Origin: Chiloscyllium plagiosum | Taxonomy: Eukaryota | Reading direction: 5' to 3' | Assembly (NCBI RefSeq): GCF_004010195.1 | Contig: NC_057720.1 | Location: 27,715,473-27,779,472 of the forward strand | Length of the DNA stretch: 64,000 nt | Shown: positions 10,230 through 24,400 of the stretch, in pieces | Layout of the letters: each line of letters starts with the position of its first letter | Numbering within the stretch: the stretch's first letter is position 1 | Made by a program: the position numbers and the translations under genes | Notes under the pieces: model-generated | The model's input: the letters and a program-made list of their open reading frames with translations, nothing else | Database searches by the model: none | Told to the model about the DNA's origin: nothing

Positions 10230-11748
10230 GTAAGGCTTAAATAAGTCTTTAATTGTTTTTTATTGCTGTCATTCCCAGATACATTTGATAAAGTGGTTAC
10301 ACTTCTGTTTGGTGTTTTTTCTTTGAAAATGATTTCAAATTGAAGGATTCTGAACATTACATAGTCCACTGTGTATTTTTAATGTTACCAAAACTGATGA
10401 GAACTCTGTCTCTGAAGTTAGGCTTGGTGAATGAGAATGAGTGGTGTTAACTTACTTTCAATGTGTTGGAATCATCAGATCATGCAAAACAGAAGGAGGC
10501 CATTTGATCCATTATGCTTGTGCTTGCATTCTAAACAATGTAACAATGAGTCTTTCTCCCTTGTCCTTTCCATTTGGCCTCCAAATATTTTCTGTTTAAA
10601 ATGCAATTTCTTTTCCTTTTTGGGAGTTCAATTTGAATCTGCTGCCACCACCCTTTTCAGACAGCAAGTTATTATGATCTGGACTGCAGCAATTAATAAA
10701 TTATTTTCAGCTCCGAACGAGGGTTTTTGACCAGTTACTTTAAATGGATGTTCTCTGGTTGCTGATCATTCTGCCACTGAAAACGGAGCTAGTAAGAAGG
10801 AATTACAACATCTCTGAATTTGAACCAGGATCTATTAAATCTCCACTCTACAAGCTCTTTCTAAGAAGAAAAATTCTGATCTATTCTCCAGACAATTGAA
10901 ATCCTTCATTCTTGGTACCATTATATCTAGGTGAAACCATTAACTCATGTCTCATTACAGCCATTTTTTCCCCACACAGGTTGGCAGAAGCATATGTTTT
11001 CATGACTAATTAAATCAGCATTAATATTTTGGAATATTCCTAAACTTATAAAAAAAATTTCAAGGTCTTTTAAAATTATTTTAAAATATCTTGATGTTAT
11101 TCTTCAGCTTTCTCTACACAGTGCTCTTATTTCCTCCTCTTCTCTTGCTTGTTGAGTTTTTATGCTGTCTCTAGAGAGAATCAATGCTGTGGGTGCTATC
11201 TTAGTGTAATTCAGTGTGAATACATGGTCCATTAGAATAAAGCTCTGAAAATGCCTTACTTTTCTCTCTTGAATCAAATGCTTTTGTTTGAGATGATGGG
11301 TAGAATATCTGCTTAATTTTCTTTAGCATAACATCCTGTGACTTACAGTATGTCCGCACCAAAGTGAGAAATGCTTGTCTTCTACTTTGTAATCTCCAGT
11401 TGATATCAGCTGCATGCAGATTGAAGAATATTGGGAGTAATGTAGAGTTTTTGTAAATATCAATACTACTTTGTGACACCATCCTTTTGACAAAAGGTTA
11501 CCATGTAAGCATCGTTTTTCTTCTCTCATGTGAACCTTATTTTTCAAGATGTTGCATGATTGTTGGAAGTAGAGGAAAAGGTGGAGTGCGATATTCTCCT
11601 TTTTATATAGATAGTCAAGATTGGATTTGTCTCTGTGTTCTCAGTTTCCATAGAAGATATGTAAAAAGCTTAAATATTGTGTTTTCCAAATGCTATATTA
11701 TTTTAAGCCAAATATTTTGTTTACAGATACAATTTCCTGTTTGTTTAG

Positions 11749-11942
11749 GGTGTGACTGAATGGAACATTGGGCATTTGAACACCATCTTGGATGTGGTAG
11801 AAAAAGAGAGTGGTATCACAATTGAAGGTGTCAATACACCGTACCTTTATTTTGGAATGTGGAAAACCACGTTTGCTTGGCACACAGAGGACATGGACCT
11901 CTACAGCATTAACTACCTGCACTTTGGCGAACCCAAGTCTTG
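11749..11942 (+). CDS. KDM4A: KDM4A coding exon 4 (JmjC, HxE motif)
   Basis: [15 protein letters not shown]...[24 protein letters not shown]; gtttAG / GTAACA. Confidence 0.97.
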
Positions 11943-13099
11943 GTAACAGGCTCAGTTTTATCTTGCACTCTACATATTTGTTTTTGAATACTGTAGCTTG
12001 AATTTTAAACGTGTTACAATGAAATAGTTTAAGCATTTTAATGATCTACACACTCAAATGATTAGTTGACAGTTCCTTTATTGTTGTAACATGAAACTAA
12101 CAAGAAGGTAGTTGAACTAGATGGGTCTTGATTTTGTTTTTGTGCAGTAACTGCCATTTTGCTATAACACTAGGTTAAATTTAAATATGAAACTCCGAGT
12201 AAAAGTGAGCAGGGTAGTTTGGGGAAAGAGAGAAATTAAAGGACTTCAATGTTTAGCCTCTGCATGGCTTGTTTCTTACTGGTTAATGTTTGTACCTGTG
12301 TGGAAAAGATTATACGGTACTATTAAGACTCGCAATTATATAGAAGTAAAAATCATCAGGTTGTCACTGTTAGTAACTATAGTCACTGTTGACAAACAAC
12401 TGTCAGTTTGTGGACCGCAATAAGCTGGCTAGTCAGTAAGTGATTTTTGATAGCGAGTTAAGGGATGGATTTTGGTTGGGTCATTGAAAACCAGTCCTTG
12501 GTCTGGAAATTGTGAAATGGGATTGTAATGACATGCCTCCTTTTGTCCAGCTGCATGTCATGGGCAATTTGGATAAAATACTGGCATTTAGCTTATCTTT
12601 TGATTTTCAACAGCTTTGGACAAGGATTGCCCATACAAACCATATGTACATTTAAATTTCTCACAACAGTCAAGATGGTTGAAATTTTGTTTCAAAGCTG
12701 TAATGTGTATATCAGAGCTCTGAGTAAAGAGAAGTGTGTGCAGTAATACTTACTGGAAATTGTTGTGACAGTGTACCTGTAATCATCCATGGATAGCTTT
12801 TTAAAGGCAGTTTGCTAAAACAGGGTAGGCCCCATGATTGCCCATGCTCCAGTTTCTACTGGAAAAGCTGCATAGTTTGCTAAATGTTAAATTTAAGAGA
12901 AGGATGTAGTTTGAATTTGAATGTAAGTTGGCTGTAATTTGAGTATGTAGTTTATGTCAGGTATGTGTGTACTATTAACATGGGCTCTGATTCAGCAACA
13001 AAATATCCATCAGGAACTATTGGCAATCACAGCCCTGCTTTCTTCAGGTCCATTTGTATTGCTCCACATCCTGTTCAGATCATGCTGGCTTCTCTTTTA

Positions 13100-13630
13100 G
13101 AGTCATACAGCACGAAACAGACTCTTCGGTTCAACTCTTCCAAGTTTCCCAAACAAAGCTAGTCCCATTTGTCTGTGTTTGGCTGTATCCCTCAAAACTT
13201 TTCCTATTCATGATCTGTCCAAAAGTCTATTAAATGCTGTAGCTGTACCTGCATCTACCAATTCCTCTGGCAGTTCATTCCACAAAACCACCCTCTATGT
13301 GGAAAAGGTTACCCCCTTAGTCTCTGTTAAATCTTTCTCCTCTCACCGTAAAAATATGACATCTAGTCTTGAATTCCCCTACATTAAGGAAAAGACCTTT
13401 TTTGCTATTTATCTTATCTGTGCCCCTCAAACTCCTTGGCTACAAGATAAAAAAATCTCATTTTCTGGATCAGTGGTGCTGGAAGAGCACAGCAATTCAG
13501 GCAGCATCCGACGAGCAGCAAAAATCTCAGCCTATCCTTATCTCCAACCTTATAACTCAAACCCTCCAGTCCCAGTAATGTTCTTGTAAATCTTTTCTGC
13601 ACCTTCTCTAATTTGATAATATCTTTCCGA
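13100..13630 (-). mobile_element. CR1 LINE 3' fragment with nested PLE-terminus piece (~13460-13525)
   Basis: QKRFTRTLLGLEGLSY on minus; TTCTGGATCAGTGGTGCTGGAAGAGCACAGC insert matches the family at 1-40. Confidence 0.8.
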
Positions 13631-14657
13631 TTATCTAATAGCAGGTCCAGCCCACAATATTATCCAGCCCATCTCAACCATTAGTAGTCCAAGGAGGCAG
13701 GTCCTGAATTCAGCCCAGCCTGACCAATGATCAAGCTCTGTAGCATTGGCACCAGTGTGATCCAGACAGGCTGTCCAGCCAACCCACCCCTCAAGGAGTC
13801 GGTGCGCTGTGGCAACATACACTTCTGTTTAATATGTGTATTTTACCCTGACTATAGTTAACTATTCCAATTTATCATGTCGCTGACCAGGCATCTCCCA
13901 TTCTCATTGCTTGTCATATGTGCATGTTGGAAGGATTTACAAGTTGATACATGACCTGTTTGACCATGTTATGCATACTCCTTTGTTGGCTGACTGGTGT
14001 GGCTTGGGCTTCTGAAATGGGGGTGCTACCTCTATGCCACAGGCCCTCTTGAGGATGGTTTATCTCACTGCATTTGCATCACCTTGTGTTGAGGCTATGA
14101 ACTTCTTAAACTAAAATCAAAGAATGGTTAGAGGGGACTCAGAAGTGAAATTCAAGTAAGTTGTGAAAAGAACTGATTTTGGCAGAATATTCAAGAATTA
14201 TTTATTCTGGCCAGAGGACAGTGCACTGGGATGGTTGGGATTGAAGGAAATTAATGGGTTTGGCATTGGTTCTGTTGTGGCTAGCACTGACTTATTTGCA
14301 GGCAAGGAGATTGACAGATGTTGTTAAAATCATGAGGTCTAGGCAAATCAAATAGAGAGAAAAACTGGCTCAAGGCAGAAATTTAATGGACAGAAATTTA
14401 AAACGATTAGCAAAATAACCAAAAGCAACATAAGGCAAAATCTTTTTTTTAGTTTAGCAAGTGAAGAGAGAGGATCCAGAATGCATGTGGTAGAGGCAGT
14501 TTCAGTCATAGGTCTCCAACAGGGAATTGAACGTGCATCTGAATAGAGAATTTGCAGGACCACAGGAAAGTATGTGGAAATGGGTCCTGCTTAACTTTTC
14601 TTTCAGAGCTGGCATGGAGTTGACCAGCTGGCTGTCCTGCTTTTGCTTTAATCAGGT

Positions 14658-14940
14658 TGGCTCAGTGGTTAGCACTGCTGCCTCTCAGCACCATGGACCC
14701 AGGTTCGATTCCACGTTTGGGCAACTGTGTGTGCAGTTTGCCCATTCTCCCCGCCTCTGGGTGCTTTGGTTTCCTCCCACAGTCCAAACATGTGTAGGTC
14801 AGGTGGATTAGTGCTGGAAATACAAGGTTACAGGGATAGGGTAGGAGATGTGTCTGGGTTGGATGCTGTTTGGAGTATCCGTGTGTACTCGATGGGCTGA
14901 ATTGCCTGCTTCTATGCTGTAGGAATTCTATTCTATTCCA
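14658..14940 (+). mobile_element. HE1-like SINE (diverged)
   Basis: TGGCTCAGTGGTTAGCACTGCTGCCTC...GGTTCGATTCC. Confidence 0.82.
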
Positions 14941-15014
14941 TGACTCTAAAATTTAATGAAACAAATCACTTGTATCGGTTAAACAAATTTGGGTTCCTAG
15001 TTTAAAATACACTA

Positions 15015-15239
15015 CAGTCGGTTCTGCTATAATGTGTGTTTCTTCAACTTGAATTGGCTTGAACACGATTAAAGAATTTAGACCAGACTGTTATTTGTAG
15101 AATACAAACTTTTCTTACCCGTGCTGGCTATAATGCAGTTCTAGCCCCATTAGGTTAAAATGGCGCTGCCATTGTGCGATTTTCTTATAACGTGAGATTG
15201 CACGAGACTGGAACTATCACATTATATCAGGACCGACTG
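15015..15239. mobile_element. MITE with ~22-bp TIRs (Tc1/mariner-pogo-like)
   Basis: TA|CAGTCGGTTCTGCTATAATGTG ... CACATTATATCAGGACCGACTG (2 mismatches); right TA TSD is not preserved. Confidence 0.7.
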
Positions 15240-15512
15240 TTTTGTTGTTTTATTGCTCCTCTGCTTGAAATCAACATAATTTTAATACAGTTGTACTATA
15301 GCTTTTTCCTTGAAATGTCAGAACCAAAGAAAACATTTTCTTCAATTCTTTAGTGACTATATTTAGGTATGGAGATCTACAATGTTTTGAACTTAAAACT
15401 CCAGTCATTCATAGAATTATGCAGCTGCTTATGTGTCTCTCAAAATAGCATATTCAAGTAAGGAACGTGCAGTTTACGTAGTAAATAATTATATCTATCT
15501 ATACTCTCATAG

Positions 15513-15562
15513 GTACACTGTTCCACCAGAGCATGGAAAGCGATTGGAACGTCTCGCTAAAG
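15513..15562 (+). CDS. KDM4A: KDM4A coding exon 5 (JmjC)
   Basis: YTVPPEHGKRLERLAK; ctcatAG / GTAAAG. Confidence 0.96.
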
Positions 15563-17149
15563 GTAAAGACTTGTATTGCAATCTATTTGATCTTTGTTTG
15601 AATTTCTTGCTTTCTGTTTCATGTAATTCCTACATTTTGATAAACTGTAAGGAGTTTGCTGCATGGTAGAAATATTACACACGTTTGATTTTTCTCTTTA
15701 AAGCAAATGAGAGTTCAGTCCTTGCTGGTCACTGGCGCATCACTCTGGAATGTCAATGAGTGTCAGTTGTAAATAACTGACAAATAATCCTGAGATGTAG
15801 TTGAGCTCTGTGACCTTTAGGTCCAGATTGCAGAGGTCTTTCCATCATATATGTCAGTCAAACAATCACTAAAACATTACTGTTTTGACTTGACTTCAGA
15901 ATTCTTCCCTTTGTGAAAGACAAGGTTTTAAAGTGGAACTGCGTTTTAAAACAAAAAGTCTGTCTAGCTAATGGGTGTACAATATTGAATTTTCTTTAAA
16001 GAAAGCTCTTGCTCTCCTAACTCCCACCCGTCTTAAGGGGACAAAGTATTTTTCAATACATCGAATCCTGTTGCTTGCAGCTCTTGTTTTGCTGACTGAC
16101 TGACTGACTGTTCCTGGTGACATGCTTTGCAATTGTTCCCGTTTGAGTTGCTGCTTTCTACTGACCTGGAGTTTGATGTTGGCTGCCCAATCTACCAAGT
16201 CTGGTTTAATTAACTGCTCTGATCTTGATGAAAAGGAGTCTGACTTTCTTGTTTACAGTTCTGTTTTGGGAGTGAAGAAAATTGAAAATACATAAGTTAC
16301 TTTCAACTCTAATATAGTGTAGTGCTTTTAATCACATTTTCTGATTGTACATGAAGTAAACTTTGGCAGATTCTACAAACTTAATAGCTGTATATTGCAA
16401 GGCTTCCCCATGTGGGGATGCAAGTTGAAGTTTGAGATTGTGAGCTCCGAAAAAGCAGTGGAAAACTGACCCTTTCAGCAACAGACAAAGGAGCGAAGCA
16501 ACTCATGTTTAAAGGAGGAACTCCTTGCCATTTCCTTCCATTCTATTTCAATGGCTTGTTAGTTACCCATTTGAGTGAAGTGATGTCCTATGTGATAACG
16601 GATACCCTCCTTGAATATATCATTGTCATTGTCATTGTCAGTCATAAAACCTCATCTAAGGGCCTAATCCACCACTTGGCACCAGGTGATGCCCAGTATA
16701 CCTCTGATTATCCTGAAAGGGGAAACCATCTCAAAAATGTAAACAATGAATGAAGTTAGCCATCTCACGCTACTACTTTGCAGTAAATCCATGTGTGGTT
16801 TTCTCATTAATAGGGTACTGCTCTCAAGACAAAATGACATTTACCCTACCAAACCCATCCAATTAGTAATGAGTTCAAGTGCCAGAGTGATGCACGGTGT
16901 GTAGGCCATAAGAACAGTTTGTGCTGTTGACCATTTGCAGCTTGCAGCTTATGTCTCCGTTCAGCCAGCCCATATTTGCAAGCCTTAGAAAATTATATCT
17001 GCCATTAGGTACTCTGCTATTGAAATTCATATGAAATTATCTGGACTGAAATACACACGTGAAATCATTTTAAGATTATCAGCTGGGATCACTATTTGAT
17101 GCATTTGCACATGCTAGAAGCTAAAAACTTTAAGCTTATAGGTGGCTAA

Positions 17150-18575
17150 TTCTCCAGGACCAGATCAAGTGTACCCCCAGGATGTCTGGGAATTTAGGGA
17201 AGAGATAGCGGGTCCCGGCAGAGATACTTGTATCATCCGTAGCCATGGGTGAGGTGCCAGAGGATTTGAGGGTGACAAATGTCATTTAAGAAAGGGTGTA
17301 AAGAGAAGCGTCGGAACTATTGATAGGTGAATCTAATAACAGTGGTGGGTAAGTTGTTGGAGAGGATTTTGATAGAGGATTTATGTGCATTTAGAGAGTT
17401 AAGAACTGGTTATGGATAGTCACCATGGCTTTGAGTGTGAGAAGGCATGTCTGTCAAACCTGATTGGGCCTTTTTTTGAATATGTAACCAAAAAGATTGA
17501 GGGCAGAGCAGTAAATATCTGCGTGGACTTTAGTAAAGCCGGTCACAATGTTCTACATGGTTGACTGATTAGTAAAATTAGATCACATTGGTTTCAGGGA
17601 CAGTTTGTCAATTGGATATGAAACTAGTTTGATAGTAGGAGACATGCAGTGGTGGTGAAGGGACTTGTTTTGGACTGGAGTCTGTAAACAGCAATGCTCT
17701 ACAAGGTTCTGTGCTGAGTCCACTTTTGTTTGTCATTTATATCAATAATTAAGGAAACATTTGTAAGTAAAAGAGGTTATCTAAGATTACAAAGGGATCC
17801 TGATAATTAGACCAGTAGGCTGAAGAGTGACAGATGGAGGTTAATTTGGATAAATGCGAGGTATTGCAATTTGGTAAATCAAACAAGGGCTGGATTTGTA
17901 CACTTTTAATGGTAGAGCCTTGGATAGTGTTATTGAACAAATAGACCTCTGGGTTCAAGTGCACAGTTCTTTGAAAGTTACACCACAGGTATTTAGTATG
18001 CTTGCCTTCATTGCTCAGACCATTTGAGTATAGGAATTGGTTGAGGTTATACAGGATGTTGATGAGGTTACTTTTGGAGTATTGTGGACAGTTTTGGTCA
18101 CCTGCTATAGGAAGGATATATTGAAGAGGGTTTAGGAATTATCAGGATATTGCCAGGAATGGTGGGTTTGAGTTATAAACATTGGCTGGGATGTTTTTCA
18201 CTGGAGCATGGAAGGTTGAAGGGTGAGCTTAAACAGCTTTATAAAATCATGAGGGGCATGGATAAGGTGAATAGCAAAGGTCTTTTCCCTAGGCTAGGGG
18301 AGTTCAAAGCTAGGGGTCATATTTTTAAAAGGAAAAAGATTTAAAAGGGACTTGAGGGGGCAGCCTTTTCGTATACAGGTTGATTGGCATGTCTAACAAA
18401 CTAACAGAGGACTTGATGGATGCTGTTACAGCTGCAACATTTAAAAGACATTGGACAGGTACTTGAATAGGAACAGTTGAGAGGGATATACGCTAAACAT
18501 GGGCAAATGGGACTAATTTAACGTGGAAACTTGGTCGGCATGAATGACTTGGACTGGAAGAGTCTTTCCATGCTA
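17150..18575 (+). mobile_element. CR1 LINE ORF2 (RT) remnant and 3' UTR
   Basis: SPGPDQVYP, NY..V.L.S.VGK, DFSKA, GSVLSPLLFVIYIN-like motifs with stops. Confidence 0.85.
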
Positions 18576-19186
18576 CATGTAGGACCCTGTTTTACACAGA
18601 CAAGGAATTTGGAGACGCGTTGTGCGTATCTTATTCAAAACAGGGATCATGGAGACAGCATTTCTAGGGCTACACCCTGACCAATCGGAATCTCTCTGCC
18701 AGGGCTGAGAATTGGTTGTCAATGAAATGTTCTTGATGTATCTTCTGGCTAAAGATGTTCTCACCAATCTGCCTCCTCTTCTCAGGCTGTTTTAAAATGG
18801 TATTTATTTTTCAAAGACTGTTTCTTGCATTCCAGCTCTTGAGTGAAATACAAGAAGCTTCTCCTTATGGACACTTTGCAGAGTGGAAAACAAGTCTAAG
18901 AGCCATTATTTAAAAAAACAAAATGATTCTGACATGATGATTTCCCCCACACCATCTTTAAGAGTATTAGAGTTCAAAATTCATGAAAAGCGATTTTGAA
19001 ACTGTTATCAGAAAATATTTCTTTTTAAGGTATAAGTATTGGAATGATTTAACAGGCACACCATAAGAATTGATTGGGGTGTTCAGGGTACAGCTGGAAT
19101 GGTTAAAAATTGAGTGATAAGTTCCATGAGCCAAATGGCTTTTCCTTTGAATTTTAAACTTGAATTTTGTACTTTGTTATAAATAG

Positions 19187-19290
19187 GCTTTTTCCCAGGT
19201 AGCGCTCAAAGCTGTGAAGCATTTCTGCGGCATAAGATGACCTTAATATCCCCTTCTATTCTCAAGAAATATGGAATCCCATTTGATAGG
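19187..19290 (+). CDS. KDM4A: KDM4A coding exon 6 (JmjC)
   Basis: [35 protein letters not shown]; aaatAG / GTATGT. Confidence 0.96.
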
Positions 19291-20297
19291 GTATGTATGT
19301 CATACTACAGTAATAGTTTTAAATTCAAAATTATTTTGGTATGGTTGCTTTTATTGAAATGGCAGGGTGGAGGATAATGTGTCTGTGCTGCTGTTGTATT
19401 CCATTTTATGCTGACTTTATTTCAGCTACTTTGTATTGGAGCTTGTTGATCAAAATAAACTAGTGAAGTAAGATTATAACCAAACCAAGTAGGATGGCTA
19501 TAGTTTATTTGCACTCAGTCTGCAGTTTTATTGATTCCTTTAACCATTACAAAGTTTGAGTGTAGCATGCAGCTGCATCAGGTGCAACAACATTTTCAAA
19601 GAAAATGACATGTTTCTGGAGAGGCTGGGTACTTGAGTTGTAAGGCTGTAATCTAACTAGTAGAAACAACAGCAGCATTCAACAGTTTTTAAGTTGAAAT
19701 GAAAATAGTGTAAAACAGTTGGATTGTGAAAGTTGGTTGCAAGTTAACTTTTGTTCCAACAATATTCATCTGAAAATTTTCTTCTCAGCCAGTATCCAAA
19801 TCTATACTCTATGAATAAGGAAATAATTGTTTTTAGAATCATTTGCTATATATTTGAACGAAGAGTTAAAATTGAGGAAGAACTGTTTGTTGTGCACTTA
19901 ATGCTCTGATGTCTAGATGATCTTAGCTAGGTAAAAATTGGAAAATAATCTCCATACAGAGTTGTTGAAGTAGTTTTTTTTTTCTCCTTTTTAATTCTTT
20001 AAAGCATTTTTTGCCTGAAGTGTTTATTGGTTACTTGTGTTTTATATACCTTCCTTATCAATGGAGTGGTAAAATGTTTGAGGATCTCTACTATCCATTT
20101 GTAGAATATATTGGAATTAATGCTTATGCTTCTATTAAATTCAGCTTTACATGAAATTTATTTGGCCATTTGGTGTGTGTGCATTGCTGGCTGATCTGTA
20201 TTGCAGAACCACTCTATTCCATCTGGAGTAGGTGTACACACAGTGCTGAATGACTAGTTAGGGGATGATAGGTGCAAATTTGACCCAGCTTAGATGT

Positions 20298-23200
20298 TCA
20301 ATGTATGGGAGAAGATTTGTAGCTCGAGTGCTCGTTGTTGTGGTTCTGTTCACTGAGTTGGGAATTTGTGTTGCAGGCGTTTTGTCCCCTGTCTAGGTGA
20401 CATCCTCAGTGCTTGGGAGCCTCCTGAGAAGCGCTTCTGTGATGTTTCCTCCGGCATTTATAGTGATTTGTACCTGCCGCTTCCGGTTGTCAGTTCCAGC
20501 TGTCCGCTGCAGTGGTCGGTATATTGGGTCCAGGTCGATGTGCTTATTGATTGAATCTGTGGATGAGTGCCATGCCTCTAGGAATTCCCTGGCTGTTCTC
20601 TGTTTGGCTTGTCCTATAATAGTAGTGTTGTCCCAGTCGAATTCATGTTGCTTGTCATCTGCGTGTGTGGCTGCTGAGGATAGCTGGTCATGTCGTTTCG
20701 TGGCTCGTTGGTGTTCATGGATGCGGACCATTAGCTGTCTTCCTTTTTGTCCTATGTAGTGTTCTGTGCAGTCCTTGCATGGGATTTTGTACACTACATT
20801 GGTTTTGCTCATGCTGGGTATCGGGTCCTTTGTCCTGGTGAGTTGTTGGCTGAGAGTGGCTGTTGGTTTGTGTGCTGTTATGAGTCCTAGTGGTCACAAT
20901 AGTCTGGCTGTCAGTTCAGAAATGCTCTTGATGTATGGTAGTGTGGCTAGTCCTTTGGATTGTGGCATGTCCTCATTCCGTTGTCATTCCCTTAGGCATC
21001 TGTTGATGAAATTTGCGGGGGTATCAGTTTTTGGTGAATACATTGTATAGGTATTCTTCTTCCTCTTTTTGCAGTTCTAGTGTACTGCAGTGTGTTGTGG
21101 CTCTTTTGAACAGTATCTTGATGCAACTTCTTTTGTGTGTGTTAGGGTGGTTGCTTTCGTAGACAGGGGACAAAACGTCTGCGACACAAATTCCCAGCTC
21201 GGCGAACAGAACCACAACGAGCACCCGAGCTACAAATCTTCTCCCAAACTTTGAACACCTACGGGCGAAAGATGCTAAGACAAGCCAGGAAATGGGAATC
21301 CTGTGCCAACCGCCTAAGCGCCACATATGAACAACTCCAGTTCCTGCACGAATGCCGAAAGAATCGAATCCTTCCACCACGTGTCAGATACAGACCACCA
21401 GTCAACAACCCACAAGCCAGGGACCCAGCCAGACAGAATGGATTCAGGATGATCCAAGTAATGATCACAGACGCACACCACAGACTACACAAATACAGAC
21501 AAGAAATTGCGCGCCAAAAATCGTTAATTTCAAAAACCACCAATCGGGAATGGACCCGGACCATAGAACAGGACCACGCACCGCTAAAAAACGGCACTAA
21601 AAGAAAAAATGACCAAACGAACACACAACAGAGAGGACACCACAACACACTCCTGGATTAGAAACCTCTCCCACAGACAGCTCACAGACATGGAAGGAAC
21701 AATACTGGCCAAGGGACTCAACTACAACCACAGGGACGCCAAGACAGCAGACTTCCTAGCAGCACTAGAATGCACACTCAGAAACAATGGACTGACAGAA
21801 GAGACACAACAAACAGTGAGACAAACTGTCGTACCTATGATAATAAGGAAAAGACAAACACATAACCTCAACACCAAGGAGAGGGAAACACTAAAATCAC
21901 TAAGAAATGATAAGAACGTTATCATACTACCAGCAGTCAAAGGCANNNNNNNNNNNNNNNNNNNNNNNNNNNNNNNNNNNNNNNNNNNNNNNNNNNNNNN
22001 NNNNNNNNNNNNNNNNNNNNNNNNNNNNNNNNNNNNNNNNNNNNNNNNNNNNNNNNNNNNNNNNNNNNNNNNNNNNNNNNNNNNNNNNNNNNNNNNNNNN
22101 NNNNNNNNNNNNNNNNNNNNNNNNNNNNNNNNNNNNNNNNNNNNNNNNNNNNNNNNNNNNNNNNNNNNNNNNNNNNNNNNNNNNNNNNNNNNNNNNNNNN
22201 NNNNNNNNNNNNNNNNNNNNNNNNNNNNNNNNNNNNNNNNNNNNNNNNNNNNNNNNNNNNNNNNNNNNNNNNNNNNNNNNNNNNNNNNNNNNNNNNGTAA
22301 CGGCACTGTTCACCTCTATTGACAAAACCCAAGCCAGAGAAACAATAGCCAACCTGCTGGACAGACAGAACTGACAACAAGATGGGGAACCTATCAGCAA
22401 AGACTGCACACTCAAACTACTGGATCTGTGCCTCACAACACACTTCACATTCAACAACCAAATATATGAACAAATCAACAGCACACCCATGGACTCACCT
22501 ATCTCTGGACTCCTAGCAGAAGCGGTAATGCAAAGGTTAGAACAAACAGTCTTACCGCAAATTCAACCCAAACTCTCTGTCAGATATCAGATACCTTTGT
22601 AACCATTAAAAACACAGAAATAGAGAACACACCTCGGATCATCAACGCCACACTCACAGGAATCCGATTCACTAGAGAGGAAGAAAAGGACAACCAACTC
22701 CCATTCCTAGATGTGATGGTACAGAAAACACCGAACGGAGCATTCACCACAAAGGTATACAGGAAAGCCACACACACAGACCAAGTCCTAAACTACGAAA
22801 GCAATCACCCCAACACACACAAAAGAAGTTGCATCAAGACACTGTTCAAAAGGGCCACAACACACTGCAGTACACCAGAACTGCAAAAAGAGGAAGAAGA
22901 ACACCTATACAATGTATTCACCAAAAACTGATACCCCCGCAAATTTCATCAACAGATGCCTAAAGGAATGACAACGGAATGAGGACATGCCACAATAGGA
23001 CTAGCCACTTTACCATACATCAAGAACATTTCTGAACCGACAGCCAGACTATTGCGACCACTAGGACTCATAACAGCACACAAACCAACAGCCACTCTCA
23101 GACAACAACTCACCAGGACGAAGGACCCGATACCCAGCATGAGCAAAACCAATGTAGTGTACAAAATCCCATGCAAGGACTGCACAAACACTACATAGGA

Positions 23201-23614
23201 CAAACATGAAGACTGCTAACAGTCTGCATCCATGAACACCGATTAGCCACGAAACGACATGACCAGCTATCCTTGGTAGCCACACATGCAGATGACAAGC
23301 AACATGAGTTCGACTGGGACAATACTACTATTATAGTATAAGCCAAACCGAGAACAGTCAGGGAATTCCAGAGGCATGGCACTCATCCACAGATTCAATC
23401 AATAAGCACATCGACCTGGACCCAATATACCGGCCACTGCAGCAGACAGCTGGAACTGACAACCGGAAGCGGCAGGTACAAATCACTATAAATGCCAGAG
23501 GGAACATCACCGAAGCGCTTCACGGGAGGCTCCCAAGCACCCAGGATGTCACCTAGACAAGGGACGAAACGTCTGCAACACAAATTCTCAGCTCGGCGAA
23601 CAGAACCACAACAA
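20298..23614 (+). mobile_element. Near full-length Penelope-like retroelement (RT + GIY-YIG) with inverted 5' pLTR; disrupted
   Basis: VTALFTSI, HFTFNNQIYEQIN.TPM, LPFLDV, VYRKATHT, NVVYKIPCKDC..HYIG; 20298-21162 is an inverted copy of the 3' end; TSD CCAG(C/T)TTAGATGT at 20285-20297 and 23615-23627; stops, frameshifts and an N gap. Confidence 0.92.
21946..22296. other. Assembly gap (N run)
   Basis: 351 N. Confidence 0.99.
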
Positions 23615-23929
23615 CCAGTTTAGATGTACCTAAATTATACTGCTCAGATGTCATTGCATCTTTTGGGCGAGATTTTTATTCCCTGGTAGGAAAGCAAAAA
23701 CTGAAGAGCTCCTAATTCTGTGAATTTGACCTTTTTGAAAATACGCACCCATCCTCCCTTCTTTCAGTAGTGAGTGGGGAATTGTAGGGTTATTGTAAGT
23801 TTGGTGTGGCTACTTGAGACCAGCTGAGTATGTGCTGGGTGTGAGGCAAGTTGGGCAGGAAATCTTTGAGTCTCCAGCAATGTGTCCAGAAATAAAAGAA
23901 TATCCCATCCAATCCAAACATATTGCTCA

Positions 23930-24400
23930 ACAATCTGTACCCAGGGAGATAGTGAGGAAAGAGATCAACCTGAGACTGGTACAGTTGAGAACAGAAGCGA
24001 GTCAAACAGTCAGGGCAGGCAGGGACAAGGTAGGACTAATAAATTAAACTTCATTTATTTCAATGCAAGGGGCCTAACAGGGAAGGCAGATGAACTCAGG
24101 GCATGGTTAGGAACATAGGACTGGGATATCATATCAATTACAGAAACATGGCTCAGGGATGGGCAGGACTGGCAGCTTAATGTTCCAGGATACGAATGTT
24201 ACAGGAAAGACAGAAAGGGAGGCAAAAGAGGAGGGGGAGTGGCCTTTTTGATAAGGGATAGCATTACAGTTGTACTTGGGGAGGATATTCCTGGAAATAC
24301 ATCCAGGCAGGTTATTTGGGTGGAACTGAGAAATAAGAAAGGCATTGTATTATAAACCACCTAATAGAGGGAAATTGAGAAACTTTCAAGGAAATCTCAG
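23930..24400 (+). mobile_element. CR1 LINE ORF2 endonuclease fragment
   Basis: YFNARGLTGKADELRAWLGT*DWDIISITETWL...RKDRKGGKRGGGVAF. Confidence 0.88.

Noticed and set aside
21609..22490. Long ORFs containing X runs (also 60143-60745)
   Set aside because: Artefacts of N gaps within PLE copies.
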